A stretch of 45,445 bases of DNA from Barthelona sp. PAP020 (Eukaryota): contig JARQWU010000058.1 in assembly GCA_040182905.1 (NCBI GenBank), positions 1 to 45,445 of the forward strand, in the 5' to 3' direction. This document shows, piece by piece, positions 11,923 through 26,000 of this stretch (its first letter is position 1; each line of letters begins with the position of its first letter). Below the pieces are notes generated by a model. The model searched no databases and was not told the DNA's origin. It was given only the letters and a program-made list of their open reading frames with translations. The translations under genes and the position numbers were made by a program.

Positions 11923-12299
11923 TATGTGCTTAGAATTAGAAAGAATATTGTCTATTCTGTCTATTCTACCTGTTTTTTTTTTTCTTTAATTTTGTGGAGA
12001 TGAATTTTGGTTTTGTTCAAATGAAAGTGGTTTAGATTTTAAAATGTTCTATTTTTTTTTTTTATTTTATTTCCATCGAAGAAACACAGTGCGTAAGAGT
12101 GAATAAGAAAATACAGTGTCTATTTGGTTTAAGGTTTTCGAGACACGATTGATCAATAAAAAAACTGTTTTGTTTTTGCTACACAAAACAAGGAGGAAAA
12201 TTTTTCCCAAATATTCCTGTTTGCCTGTAAAAATTGAATTTCAAAATTTTTGTCTTCTTTTCAAGGCTGGATTCCCAAGAATAAAAACAAAATTATTCC

Positions 12300-12779
12300 A
12301 CTCATTATTTTTGAAAGATAAATCATTTGAACCCAAACAATTTGTTAGATGAAGGTATTGATAGGTTCAATTTTGAAAACAAAAATCCCAAACTTGTTTT
12401 GAAAGAAAGAAAAATCTGCAAATTTGCAGGTAAACTTGTGGTATCATTTCGTTGGTGGTGAATTAAATGATGAAATGGAAATGTATTAAATTTATAAGTT
12501 GCAGAACCTGAGAAGCAAGGTGAAACATGTAATATTAGTTACAAGTGCAAAATGCAATGTGGAGTTTTACAAGTCTGATGCAATGAATTCTTGGATTGGG
12601 GCTTTACCCACATTGTGGCAACTAACATTGCACAACAAACGAGTTCCATCATGGTTGAGGGCTATTGTTTGAATAACAAAAGATACCTTCACTTTCTGCA
12701 ACTCTTTTAAAACAGATTTTGTTTTGACACTACTTAAGACATGCTGAATGCTTTTTCCTTTGAAAAAGATATTTTCCAA
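12300..12779 (-). pseudogene. Heavily degraded WD40-family remnant (boundaries approximate)
   Basis: FKGKSIQHVLSSVKTKSVLKEL resembles the rebuilt N-terminus of the 2289-3478 pseudogene (FDGKTILQYLSPKIDENSMREI). A WD-like IQTIALNHDGTRLL follows, then stops. Confidence 0.4.
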
Positions 12780-13071
12780 TGTGGGTGAACTTTTTATGCT
12801 CGACTTTTATATGAGTCCAAAATCCGACAAAGATGCTTATTCTTAATTAAAAAGTTTAAACAGCAATATTCATCTTATCAAAATAGCAATGTTGCTCATA
12901 AATGAACTAATTTTATTTATTTTTTAATTAAAGGCAATTCAATTTACGAAAGAATTTTTCAATATTGGATGTGAAAATAACAGAATGATATTATCAAATC
13001 AAAAATAAATAAATTAAAGTCTTTATAAATGATTATCAAATCTCAACAATAGAATCTTCACTATTTGTACA

Positions 13072-13893
13072 TTACTGATTCAATAGATTTATTGAATTTG
13101 ACAATTTTTTCAAATTACTTCTCATTTTTACAGTTTGTTCAGAATAAATAACAGTTTCATCATCATTTCTATCCATATTGTTCATATTTAAATATCGAGG
13201 AGAAAGCTGCAAATTAGTTAAATCATCAACAGACATTGAAGGAGGGGGAACAAACAATTTCACGTTTTTTAATAATTGCCATTGTAAAGTTCTTGTCTGA
13301 GTATTCAATGAAGCAAACCTCAAAGATTTAAAATAATCGTTGTCGAATTGTTGACCTTCATTTTCTTCATAATCTTCATCATTATTACTAATATTGGATT
13401 CACTAACAGGGGTATTTGTTTTTGAAAACAGAGGTGAATCAGATATTTTCCTATTTTCAACTAAATTTGCTGTTGTCATCAATAATTCACTGTCTTCTTT
13501 ATTTAAATGATTTTCATCTTCAATATCTTCATCAATGACTGGTATTTCTTCAATAGTAGGTACAGCAACAACTGATTTATTATGTTCCAGAAGTGGCAAA
13601 GACATAGAATGATTTTTGATAACAATAGTTTTTACATTTTCATCATCCTCTTCATTGTCAGTTTCATCCTCTTCATTTTCGGTTTCATTTTCATTTTCTA
13701 TTATTGGATCAACAGGAAACACACCCCAATTATAAAGGTCTTTCAATAGTATTAGGTCTTCTTTGTCAAGTACAGTTAACATATCAATAAACCTTGAATT
13801 TTCAAAATCAGCTTCCTCAATTTCCATTAACTTTTGATTTTTTTTCATATTTTGTTGTTGATTTGTTGGATAAACCCTTGATTTTCTTTTCAT
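13072..13893 (-). CDS. Hypothetical acidic, low-complexity protein, 273 aa
   Basis: Open ATG-initiated ORF with E/D/N-rich tracts and a basic N-terminus; no family recognised. Confidence 0.7.
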   Translation of the reverse strand: MKRKSRVYPTNQQQNMKKNQKLMEIEEADFENSRFIDMLTVLDKEDLILLKDLYNWGVFPVDPIIENENETENEEDETDNEEDDENVKTIVIKNHSMSLPLLEHNKSVVAVPTIEEIPVIDEDIEDENHLNKEDSELLMTTANLVENRKISDSPLFSKTNTPVSESNISNNDEDYEENEGQQFDNDYFKSLRFASLNTQTRTLQWQLLKNVKLFVPPPSMSVDDLTNLQLSPRYLNMNNMDRNDDETVIYSEQTVKMRSNLKKLSNSINLLNQ

Positions 13894-14057
13894 TCTTTAA
13901 ATATATTTGTTTGTATTATGTACTAAATATTTTTCTACTAAATTGGACTAATAAAAACAACTGATTTGCTTTAAAAAACAAAAAAAGATGTTAAAAGAAT
14001 TTTTTTTTAAAGTGTTTATACAGTAAACCTGTATATTTTCAAATCCACTTTTTTATT

Positions 14058-17000
14058 ATGAATAATGAAGACGAAAATGATTTGAATCAAACGAATGAGT
14101 CAAATGAAATTTTTTATCAATATCTCAAATCCTTTGAAAATTTCTTTGGATCATGTAGTCTGATTATTAATGAGTATATTGACACAATTAATTTGTTTAT
14201 AACATCAGTTAGTGTACCTGTTATTGTTTTATATGTGAAAAATGAAAATAAAATTGCTATTGAACCTTTAATGACTAAAATTGATGATTATCAAATAATT
14301 TTAGCGAAGTTACACACCAATATCGATCTACAAAAACCTATTTCACCACAATTATCTATTTTAACTATAAATGGTGGCGAAATAAATGAAAATTTTCTTG
14401 CATTGATGAAGAATAGTGTTTTACCTATTGTTGATCATAGTTCAAAGAAACATATTCAATCATTTATTGATGAATTGATAGGTGAAAGATTTTTTATAAG
14501 TTTACCTGAAATTAGAATGAATATTGAGAATATTCTTCATGAAACTAAAAAATTTGAGGATTTAGATGACTTAGAAACAACTGATATTGTTTTGAATGCT
14601 GAGAATTTTATTGGAAATTTGCTTGAGGACATAGATTCTTTTTCACAATGGAATAATAATTTGTATTTGTTGGGTGGAAGTGTTAATTTATCAACATTTT
14701 GGGATTTTATGAAAGTTTTAGAAAAAGTTTCAGATAAAATAGGAGATATCAACCTTTTTTATGAGAATGAGATTTTTGTGAAGATTATTGATCTTTTAAA
14801 GGAAAGCGAATCAACCAAATACCTTGAATTTAATCAATTTACTGCATTAACAAAACTTAATCGATCTGTTCAATTGGTCAGGTCATTATTCGAATATTTT
14901 CCGCATAACGGTTCTGTGAAAAGCTTCAAAGAGTTGAATATGAGCCTTAACAGTACATTGAATATTTTGGATGACTTGTATGAAAAAGTTGATGGAGATC
15001 ACAGAAATCTTTTAGCCTTTGGTTCCCTATTATTGTTATTGGAATATAGAAACCAAATAATACTGACTTTAGAGAATGAAATAAAGGAGGAAACAAATCT
15101 TGTTTGCTTTTCTTGTCCAGAGAAAGAAAACAAAATTCCACTAATGTTTAGATTGAAATATGACACTTTAAATAAATATTATAACATTCTTTTAGATGTT
15201 TGTCAACGACCTTTTAATCGAGAATTGAAAATTTTGGACAATATGGAAAAGGTTTTTGAAAAGTTTCGTGATAATGAAAAGTTGTCACGAAAATATATTT
15301 TTCAAAAGTTTAAAGACATTTTTAAACAACCATTGAATCGTATTATTGTTGTAAAAGGATATATTGAAGACATGTTAAGTTATCAAAAATTGTTTAGAAG
15401 AAGTACATTTGAAGATCATCAAGAAGATATTGATAAGGAGATATTAGATTGTTTTTTGCCATTTGAAGATATTGATTTGTATGAATTCGATCTCAAAAAT
15501 CGTCGTCTTTTGGATCGTCGATTTGATGAAAGTGTCAAAAAAGTATTGAAAATAGAAAGAACATTGGCTAGAGGCTTAAAGAAGGAGTTAGATAGTTCAA
15601 GAGGGTTTCAAGAACAGTTGAATGTTTTCCGAAACTATTCAATCATTCTAAAATCGCAAGAAGTCAAGAAAATTATTGATGAGTATCAAACACGATTGAT
15701 TCTTAGTATTGAAAAGAATTTAGAAAAATATTTGGTTGCTTTGAAAGAAACTGGATTAAGCGCTATGAATTATCATTTGTTAAACAATACAATTAGTATA
15801 GATGTATCTCAAAGATTAGGACAATTCATCATGTTTTCTTCTGTAAGACAAATGGTTAGCACAAGAGAAAAAGAAGTTGCAATCATTTTGGGTGACGATT
15901 GGTACAACAATATTCATGTTCAAAAATTAAAAAGAATTTTCGTTGAGTTGAAAAAATTTTCGGATATCAAACAATTAATTGAAAAATATTTTGAAACGGT
16001 AAAGCCTTTTACTTTAGAATTGATTCAACCATTAATTATCATTAAAAAGGAAGATTTGACATTGAGACCGAATTTTTCAAGCATTATAAAAACCATTAGT
16101 TCTGAAATTATAACATTAAGCAGATTAATACCCAATTTCAAGGATGTTTTGAGAAGCAATATCAATATTAACAATGATATTGCAAAGATTGTTAATAATA
16201 TTCGTGTTATTCGTGTTTTGGCAATGTTAACAGAATTCGCTAACGAATTTTTTGAATCAATTAAGAATGATGATCGTTATCTTTTGTTGATGGACAGTAA
16301 ATTGAAAGAATATTATGAGTATCTTTATCAAGCGATTGCCAATAAGCAAAATTGGTTGAATATCAATTATCGAAATGAAGATAAAGTTATTTTATACAAT
16401 TATATCAATGTATTTGTGATATTAATTCAAGAAATGAAAGTATCACAAGAAAAAATTGCAAAAATTTTGAACAACATTGACAGTCTTGTTTCTGATGAAT
16501 TCAATTGTGAAAATGTTTCTTCTATTCAAACTTTAGTTAATGAATTAAGTATTTGTGGATTTGACAACATTGATTATTTTATTTATACATTTAATAGTGC
16601 CTTATTGGAAAAATTCAAAGAGAAATTGGACAATTTCTTAATTGATTATGAAACTGTCAATGTTTTATTAATGTTTGGAAAAGGCTCAAAATATCATGTA
16701 GGAATGAATAAATCCAAATTTGAGATTATAAAAATTTTGAATTCACAATTTAATTTTGAATTTTCAAGGATATTGAACACTCAGTTGTTGAAATCAAATA
16801 TTAGTATGAATAATGAGCAATGCTTCAAGCATTTAACATCAGATATACTCATTTCAAATGCTATAAACAAACATTTCAACAGAATTCAAACTTATGTTTC
16901 GGAATTATCTCATTTTGTTGATGATCTTAATAATTCCATTTCCTTGTGGAATATCGATGTTGATTTGATTGTTCATAAAATTGAGGAAGAACAAATTAAT

Positions 17001-20000
17001 GATTTCTTTGATCAGGCAGAAAAGCAATATGAATGTTTTATAAAACAAGAAAACATTGTGATTGGTCCATTGAAAATTAATTTTGAAAATGTTCAAAATA
17101 ATGTTCAGAAAAAATTTCAAGAGTTCAAGGTAAAAGTGTCAAATCAAATGATTCAACGAAAAATTGGGCCCTCTATGCTAAATTTATGGGATGAATTGAT
17201 TGTTATCAAGCGTGGTCTTGAACAACAATGGTCCCTTAGCAATATGAAGGTTTTATTACATATTTTAACCAATTATCAATCATTTCAAAATAAAAAAGAT
17301 GATATATACCAAAAAATTGATTTTTTCATGCAATTTGAACTTTTGGTTAATGTTGAACCTTCAACTGTTATTGGTGACAGAGCCTACATTGCGGCAAATC
17401 AATTGGACATTGTGGCAAAGCGTTTGGATAAAACATGTGATAATATGAAAAGTATCATTGAAAGGTCATTACAAACACTGCAAAATGAAACCAAAAATGA
17501 AGAACAATTGTTATCAGCTAGGTGTGAGAGTCTTTTCTTAACCTGGAAGGGAATAATGATTGAAAATTCAAATTTTTCCTTTGAAAACCTTCTATCACTT
17601 GATATAGCAAGTTTATTGATAATTTGCAATGATTATATGGAGAAATTTAAAAAAGAACGTGATTTTTTGAGAGATTTTTGTGAAAATGTGCTTTCTGTTG
17701 TTCAATTACGAGTTGGTTCCAATCTTTTGTTGTTATCACAAAAACTACGAAATGAATTGGAAAATATTCAAATGTTTGTTGATTTTTTGAACAGCTTTCA
17801 AGAGATATTTGTTTCAATAAAGGCACAGTTAAATTTAAAAGATTTGGATCATATAAATAATGAAAGTTTTAAAAAGTTTTTTACTGATATTTTTGAAACT
17901 GTCAAGACTTCTGACACTTTTAAAAAATTTCAAAATTTACCTTTTTATGAAATGTTTGTTGATGAATTGAAACAGTTCATCAATAAAGAATTAATTGTTT
18001 TGTATGATTTATTGTCGCCTTTCTTTGAAATTGTTCATTGGGATGTGATAATTGAATACTTCAATAAAACAGAATTATCTCAATTGAAATTGAAAGATAT
18101 CATATTAAATTTAAAGAATCATGAATTCAAAACAATTGTGGCTGAAAGTATTCAAATTGCCAGAGGAGAATATAATTTAAGACAATTTATCAACAAAATG
18201 GATCATAAATGGCAAAAATCTATGCATGTGGAATTAATTTGGTTTAAAGAATCTTCAAAAATAAAAATTTTTAAAAGTTTCTCCAAAATTTTTGTTCAAA
18301 TTTCTGAAGATTTGGAGGCTATTGATTCAATGAAAAATTCCCCTTTCTTTGAAAGATTTAAAAATGATGCGAACTATTTAGAAGATTTATTGATTAACTT
18401 GAGAGAATTATTGGAAAATATAGAGCCATTTCAAAGAATGTTTTTATCATTATACAATATTTTTTCAATTACATCAAATGTTTCTGAAAAATTATTGAAA
18501 GAATCAAAACTTTTTAATAACATTTTGCAAGAACATGTTGAGTTTTTAAAACCATTTGAAATGGGTAAATTTTCTCCAATAAAGTTGTTAAATGTGGAAT
18601 TAGCGGCAAGAAAAGTTTCGAAAAGATTGGAAAATTTAAAAAAGGTTCAAAAGAAATTGTCATTATATTTGGAATCACAACGTAACATTTTCCCACGTTT
18701 CTTTTTTATTGGAGATGATGATTTATTGGAGGTGTTGGCGAATCCAAAGAATCCAAGTGTCATCGCCAAACATTTGAGTAAGTTATATACTGGATTAGAT
18801 GATTTTGTTCTTGATGTTAAATTGAATCAAATCGAAGGAATATCTTCAAAAGAAGGGGAAAAAGTCATGTTTGCAAAAAGTTTAAAGATTGATGATTTTG
18901 AATCAACACCAAAATGGTTGGCTGAAGTGGATTCAATGGTTAAAGATCAGCTAAAACATGAATTGACTTCAATAATGAAAGACAAAAATTTTGACATTTT
19001 TTCCACTAACTTCTATTCACACATTCAACAGAATTGTTATTCATATCAAATAGCGTTGTTATGTGTGTTCATTCAATTTAATAACAGAATTAATGATTGT
19101 TTGGATAAGAATGATGTGTTGTTATCATGTCTCAATCAAGTTGAAAAACAATTGAAATATTTGTCAAATCTTTCACAAACTGCTACCGATGATTTTGAAA
19201 ACAAAGTTCATAATTTTATCACTCATTTTGTATTCTTTCAAGACTTGTTGACTGATTTGTTAAATTCCAAGATTGACACCAGAAATCTTGTTTTCAGTCA
19301 ATATATGAGATTTATTATTGATTCAAATGATAACGAAGTGTACTGTTGTATTGGCAATGGAAGAGTAAAGTATGGTTGGGAATATATTGGTGTTCCAAAA
19401 CGATTGGTAATAACAAAACTGACCAATCGAACCTTTTTTACTTTTGTTGCCGCATTATCACAAAATCTTGGATGTTCTCCACATGGTCCTGCTGGTACAG
19501 GAAAAACAGAAACTATTAAGGAGTTGGCAAAATTTGTGGGAAAATTCTGTGTCAGCTTTAATGTTTCTGAAAGTTTTAAAGCTTCATCAATGAAACGTAT
19601 TTTTATGGGTATGTGTTATTGTGATGGATGGACCTGTTTTGATGAATTTAATCGATTAGATTTAAGCACAATGAGTATTATATCACAAGAAATTATTCGA
19701 ATTCACACTGCAATTACGAATCATTATTCAACAATTACAATTGAAGATAACGTTGTTCCAGTTAGTGAAGAAATAGGTATTTTCATCACTATGAATTTGG
19801 GATACAAAGGCAGACGTGAATTACCAGACAATTTGAAAGCATTATTCAGACCTATTGCAATGACTGTTCCTGATAGCGAGAAAATTGTTCAAATTTTGTT
19901 ATCCATTCAAGGTTTTAATCACAGTGTGAAATTGGCACCAAAATTGACCTGCATGTTTGAATTGATGGCTGTGATGTTTAAAAAGATGTCACATTATGAT

Positions 20001-23000
20001 TTTGGACTTCGCAGTATGAAGGCTGTAATAATGAGTTCGAAGAAATCTGTTGTTGGAAATGAAATTACTTTTGATGAAGAGTGCAATTGTTTAATCGATG
20101 CCATGAAAGCAACCTTTTTACCAAAATTAATACCGGAGGATGGAAAATATTTTGATATTCTACTTGAAAAATTTTTCAAAAATTTGGAAAGTGAAAGGCC
20201 AAATTTGTTTTCAACCCATTATTTGAATGATATTGTACAAGTTTGTGAAAGTCAAAATCATTTAGTTTATCCAAGTCTCTTTTCAAAATTAGATCATTTT
20301 GATAATTTGTTGAATATTTCTGTTGGTTTGATTCTACTTGGTACAAAAGCTTGTGGAAAAAGTTCTTTGTTGGATATTTATGCAAAAGTTTTAAAAAATT
20401 TGAAAATATATCATATTAATCCGAAAGTTTTAACATCAAATGAGCTGTATGGAGAAATTGAACCAATGACAAATGAGTGGAAAGATGGAATGTTCACAAA
20501 GATTTTAAGAGAGGTTATCAGTTTAAATGATGCTTCTGTAATGCATATAATACATTTTGATGGTGATATTGATCCTTTATGGGTTGAAAATCTAAATTCT
20601 GTGTTGGATGACAATCGTACTTTTACAATACCTACTGGTGAACGATTGCCCATAGCTAAAAATTTTAAAATCGTTTTTGAATTAGATTCTTTGGAACATG
20701 CTACACTTGCAACTGTTTCTAGAAATCAAATTTTGTATATGGAAGAAGATAAAGATCTTTTGAAATGTATTATTATGGAAATTTATCTTGTGATAGCAAA
20801 CAGTTCAATTGATGCTAAATCGTTGGCAAAAATTAAAGAATTGTATCTTTCAATAATGGTTGATAAGAGTTTTATTCCAATAATTGAAATCAATCACTTA
20901 AAATTCTCCTCAACATTAGTTTCTTTGATAGATATTGAAAAATCTGTCTTTTATCAGTTATTTGGAGAAATAAAAAAAGAAAATAAATTGAATTTTGCCT
21001 TTGAGTTTGATATTATTGATTGTCTAAATACTTTCAAGGCTGAATTATTATCAAAGAACATGAATGAAATGGATTTTGATATTTTCTTCAAACATTTTTT
21101 TCAATCTGTATTTTTTTCTTTCATTTCAGGTTGTGATAGGTCTAAAAACTCTTTCCATTGCTTCTGTAATTCTTTTAAAAGATTATTTGAAAATAAAGGT
21201 TATTCTATTGAAGAGAAAGATTTATATTGCAAAGTTATTCCTAAACAAAATAGTTTGTCAACATTTGTTGAATCAACTACCACAAAATTTGTTGAATCTT
21301 CGATTTTATCAAGTTATAACAAAAAAAAACTCATTAATCGACCAATTCTGTTGGTTGGTGATGTTGCTTCTGGTAAAAAATTAATATTGGATTATTCATT
21401 CAAAGAAATTGAAACTGTGAATGTCATTGATTTAAATTTCAACAGTAATACAAAGCCAAATGATTTGATCAGTCAATTAATGGACAATTGCAACTTAGCG
21501 AGAAGCAGTGATGGATCATTTGTATTAAAACCTTTGAATGAATATGAGACAATCATCTTCCATATCATTGGATTGAACTTACCTGAAACTGATGATTTTG
21601 GAACGGTCAGGGTTGTTTCATTGTTGAAAGATTTGATTCAACATCATATGTTCTATAGTTCTTTAATAAGGGCAAATGTTCGCATTTCTTCTCGTATCAA
21701 TCTCGTATTTTCATGCAATCCACCCTCAATGATAGGTCGAGTTCCAATAAGTCCTCGATTTTTGTCATTATGTGATATCATTTTTGTTGAATCCGCTCAT
21801 TTAAATCTTGATCGAATTATACAAGCTCGAATGTTGGAAATTTCACAAAAATTTAACTTGAATTCAGATATCATTTCCAGATCGAATATTTTGGTTGAGA
21901 TTTTTTTGAAACTTTACAGAAATTACGGAACTGATAAATATTTACATTATTTATTCAGTCTACACCATGTAAAAATAATTCTTGATGGTATTGAATTGAT
22001 TTTAACCAAAGTTGCTTCTTGTAACAATGTGACTTTTGAACAAGCTTTTAATTATGAAGTGAATCGAACATTCTTAAATGCATTAACTGAAACTGATCGG
22101 GCTGAATTTTTGGAAATGATTAAAGATTGTTATACTCCTGATTCTTCAGTTTTGGTAAATTGGGAAGAGACTTGGACATTCACAGAAATTGAAAATGTCT
22201 CTGTTGAAATTAACAAATCCAATTTTGTTGTTTTACAAAAAACAATCAAAGATTACAGTTTTGTTCTCCAGGGATTGCTTCATCCCAAACAAAATGTTTT
22301 GTTGATTGGATATCCTTCCAGTGGCAGATCAACATTAGTTGAAACTTGCTCGCAAAATCTTCAATGGAAATTAGTTGAACCAATTTTTTCATCATCTTTT
22401 ACAAAAGCGGATGTCAAATCCATTATAAAGAATATCATCGTTGATGCAGGGTTTAACGATCAAAAGCTATTGATAAAATATCAAATTAATAAAGTTAATT
22501 CACAATGGTTGTATTTGATTGATTGTATATTGCAACAAGGTTATATAAGCAACATGTTTACTGATTCAGAATGGGCAAAAATATCAACTGAATCAATAAA
22601 GACCCTGAACCAATTAGGAACTAAAGTGTTGCAAAATATTCATTGGGTTTTTTTAATTTCACCTGATGAACTAAATATGTTAAGCAATGCTATATTATCA
22701 AGGTGTTCTGTGTTTTATATTGGTGGTTATTCAATGAATGAATTTTTGAGTTTGGGAAATAGACTTTTGCATAATAATTTGCACAGCAATAACAATTTGA
22801 TAATTGAGTTGTTCAAGAGAATTGAAGAATTTTTGAAAGTTAAGTTGACTGGAAGAGATTTCTTTACTTTTATAGAAACCTACGAACAGTTGTACATGGA
22901 ATCTCTGAAAAAATTAGATGAAAGAAAAGAAAGAGTTTCAAAAGGTTTGGAAATGTTAATTGATAATTTTGATACCGTTGATAAACGTTCTTCAAAATTG

Positions 23001-26000
23001 ATTGAGAACAATAAAAAATTGAAAAAGAAAGAAATTTTGGCAAAAGCCAAATTGGAGGAGATGATTGAACAACAACAAAAAACTGAATTATCCAAAAATG
23101 AAGCTGTTAATTTACAGAATGAAATTAATCAAACTTTGTTTGATGTGGAACAAAGACGGCAAGAAGTTGAAGGACAGTTGGCTGAAGTTGCACCTTCAAT
23201 TGCAAGGGCAAAAGAAAGCGTCAAGACGATTAAAAGACAAAATTTGGACGAATTGAGAAGATTGGCTCGTCCACCAGAAGCTGTTAAAATTACATTGGAA
23301 GCTTTATTAGTTTTTTTGGGACATTCAGAGGAAGCAGTTTGTACTTGGGACAATATTAGACGTTTGTTAAGAGATCCCAATTTCATCAATAATGTTGTTT
23401 ATTTTGACATTGATTCTATTATGGCTAAAACGAATATTATACAAATTATTAGAAATAAATATTTGGAAAATCCAATGTTTAAACATAACTTGGTTGAAAG
23501 AGCGAGTAAACCTTGTGCCCTTTTATTTGAATGGTTGATGGCACAAATTAATCATTTTGTTATTTTACAAAAGGTTGAACCATTGAAGAAAGAATGCACC
23601 CAATTAACTCAATTAGTTGAAAATAAACAAATTGAATTGGAAAGATTGGAAAAAGATGTGATTAATTTGGAAGAATTATTGATACATTATAAAAAAGAAT
23701 ACACGTTATTTGTTCAAGAAATAGAACAACTGAAAACTGAGATTCAAATGGTTAGTGGTAAAATTCAACGATGTGAAACATTGTTAAAGGGTTTTGAAGG
23801 TGAAAAGGTTCGATGGGAAAATGAAGAAAAGATATTTGATTTGAAAGAAAAGAGAATCAATGGTAATGTACTTATAAAGAGTATTAATACAATATTTGCT
23901 AGTCAATTGGATCCTCAAATGAGAATTCAATTAATTAGCCAGGTAAAAGATTTCTTTGCTGCTGAAAATGTTGATTTTGGTGATAAGATTGACCATGTAT
24001 TAGCAATTGGAGATACAAATATCAACGAAAGATTATTGAAAGAGAATATTGTTGTTCAAGAGAATTTTTCTTATTTGTTCAATTCTATGCGTAAAACTCT
24101 GCTAATTGATCCTTCAGGAATTAATATTGAGTTATTGAAGGAATTATTTGGAAAAAGAGTTGTTGTTACATCATTGTTAGATGATAATTACAGTAAGATT
24201 ATTGAAAATGCTTTGAGATTTGGTCAAATTTTAGTTATTCATAATTTCGAACATTTTGATCCCATCTTATTTTCTTTGCTGGATTTTAGCTTTAGCAAAA
24301 ATAATTCCAATACCATTAATTTCAAAAATCAACTGTTGAATGTGTCTCCCACTTTTTTAGTTTTCTTCACAACCCAAATACCAAATGTTGAGCTTAATAT
24401 TGAGATTAAATCAAGATTAAATATCATCAATTTTACTGATACTGTTTCAAGTCTTTCAACTGCTATTCAATTTAAGTTTTTAAATCATTATGAACCTGAT
24501 ATATCGAAAAAGAAGGAAAAATTGCAAAATCTTAAAACAATTGCATCTCAACAATTGGAAAATGTTGAAAATAATTTGCTGGATATTTTAAACGAAAACA
24601 ATCAAAATGTTTTGGAAAATGAGAAATTATTGAAAACTTTGGAAAAATTAAAGGAAAAAGTTTCTCAAATTGAAAAACAAACTCAAGATTGTGAATTAGC
24701 GTTAAATGAAATAGATAATATCACTTCAAAATTTTCAAAAGTTTGTGAAATTTGTGCAAAAATTTATTTCATTATCAATTCTTTGTCAAACACTCATTGG
24801 TATTATGAATTTGATCTAAAACAATTTTTTGGTGTGTTTGATCGAGTAATAGCTCAATTTGAAGAGGTTGATTTGGCAAACCTATTGAAGAAAGTTTTCC
24901 AGACTTTCTATTTTGAAGTTAAAGATTATCTTTTAGATGAACATTTGAACATATTTGTGTGTAAATTAGCTTTACTGTATTGTTCAGATGATATTTCTGA
25001 AGAATTAAGCAATGCCATTTTGACTTTGAACAGCAATAGTTTATCGAATGAGGATTGTATAAAAGAATTGAGTAAAATTCCGGAGTTTAATGGAATTGAT
25101 GCACGTCTTAAGGATTATGACATTGAAAAGTTAAAGAAAATAGGAAAGCTTGGAGATTCAGATTTAAAGTTAATGATTGAAACACGAAGAAATGAAGTTT
25201 CTTTCAATTTCTGTTTTCTTTTATTATGCATCATTTTCCTTCCAGATCAAGTTGCATCTTGTGTTGAATCAATAAAATCTGTTTGTTTGCCCTTTATCAC
25301 CCAGGAATCTAATGATGTTATTCACAAAATAATTGCAGCAACAGAAAACAGTTGTGGTGAGCCAATTATCATATGTGGTGAACCTGGTTATGAAGTATCT
25401 GAACCACTCGAAAATGCAATTCTTCAAAATAATAATCTCACTTTGCATGTTTTAGCTCTTGCAGAAGAAGAAAATGTTTTGAAGCAGGCAAGAAAACTTC
25501 TCAATGTTGCTTATAGCTCCGGTGATTGGTTAATGTTCAAAAATGTTCAGCTTGTTCCTCAATTTATCAATAATATATTGCAATTCATCAACACCATTAA
25601 ATTTGGTGATACAAAATTCAGATTGATTCTTTGTTCTGAATTGAGTATTTATGCAAATTTACAACCTCTATTAGCACGTTCAAAAAAGTTTTTGATTAAT
25701 AGAGCTTCAACTTTTATCGAAGAATTCAACCATTTGATTAAATTTATTGAACCTTCTAAGCCTGTTCAATTACAAAGACTCAACGTGTTAATAGCGTGGA
25801 CTCATGCTGTATTGAACTTTAGAAACTATTTTACACCAATTGGTTTCAAGCAAAGATACGAATTTTCTCTTGCAGATTTTAAAGCTGCTCGGAATGTCAT
25901 TACCACTTTGTCTCAAAAAACATTGGGGAGATTATCAATTGATGTTGAGGATATTCCTTTCGAATCGATTGTGGTTAATTTATCATGTTTGTGCTTCACA

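Noticed and set aside
18690..18800. Dynein-2-like linker motif FIGDDDLLEVL..NPSVI
   Set aside because: The stalk, AAA3 (DDFGTVRVVSL) and AAA5 features fit dynein-1 better; a tree is needed to settle it.
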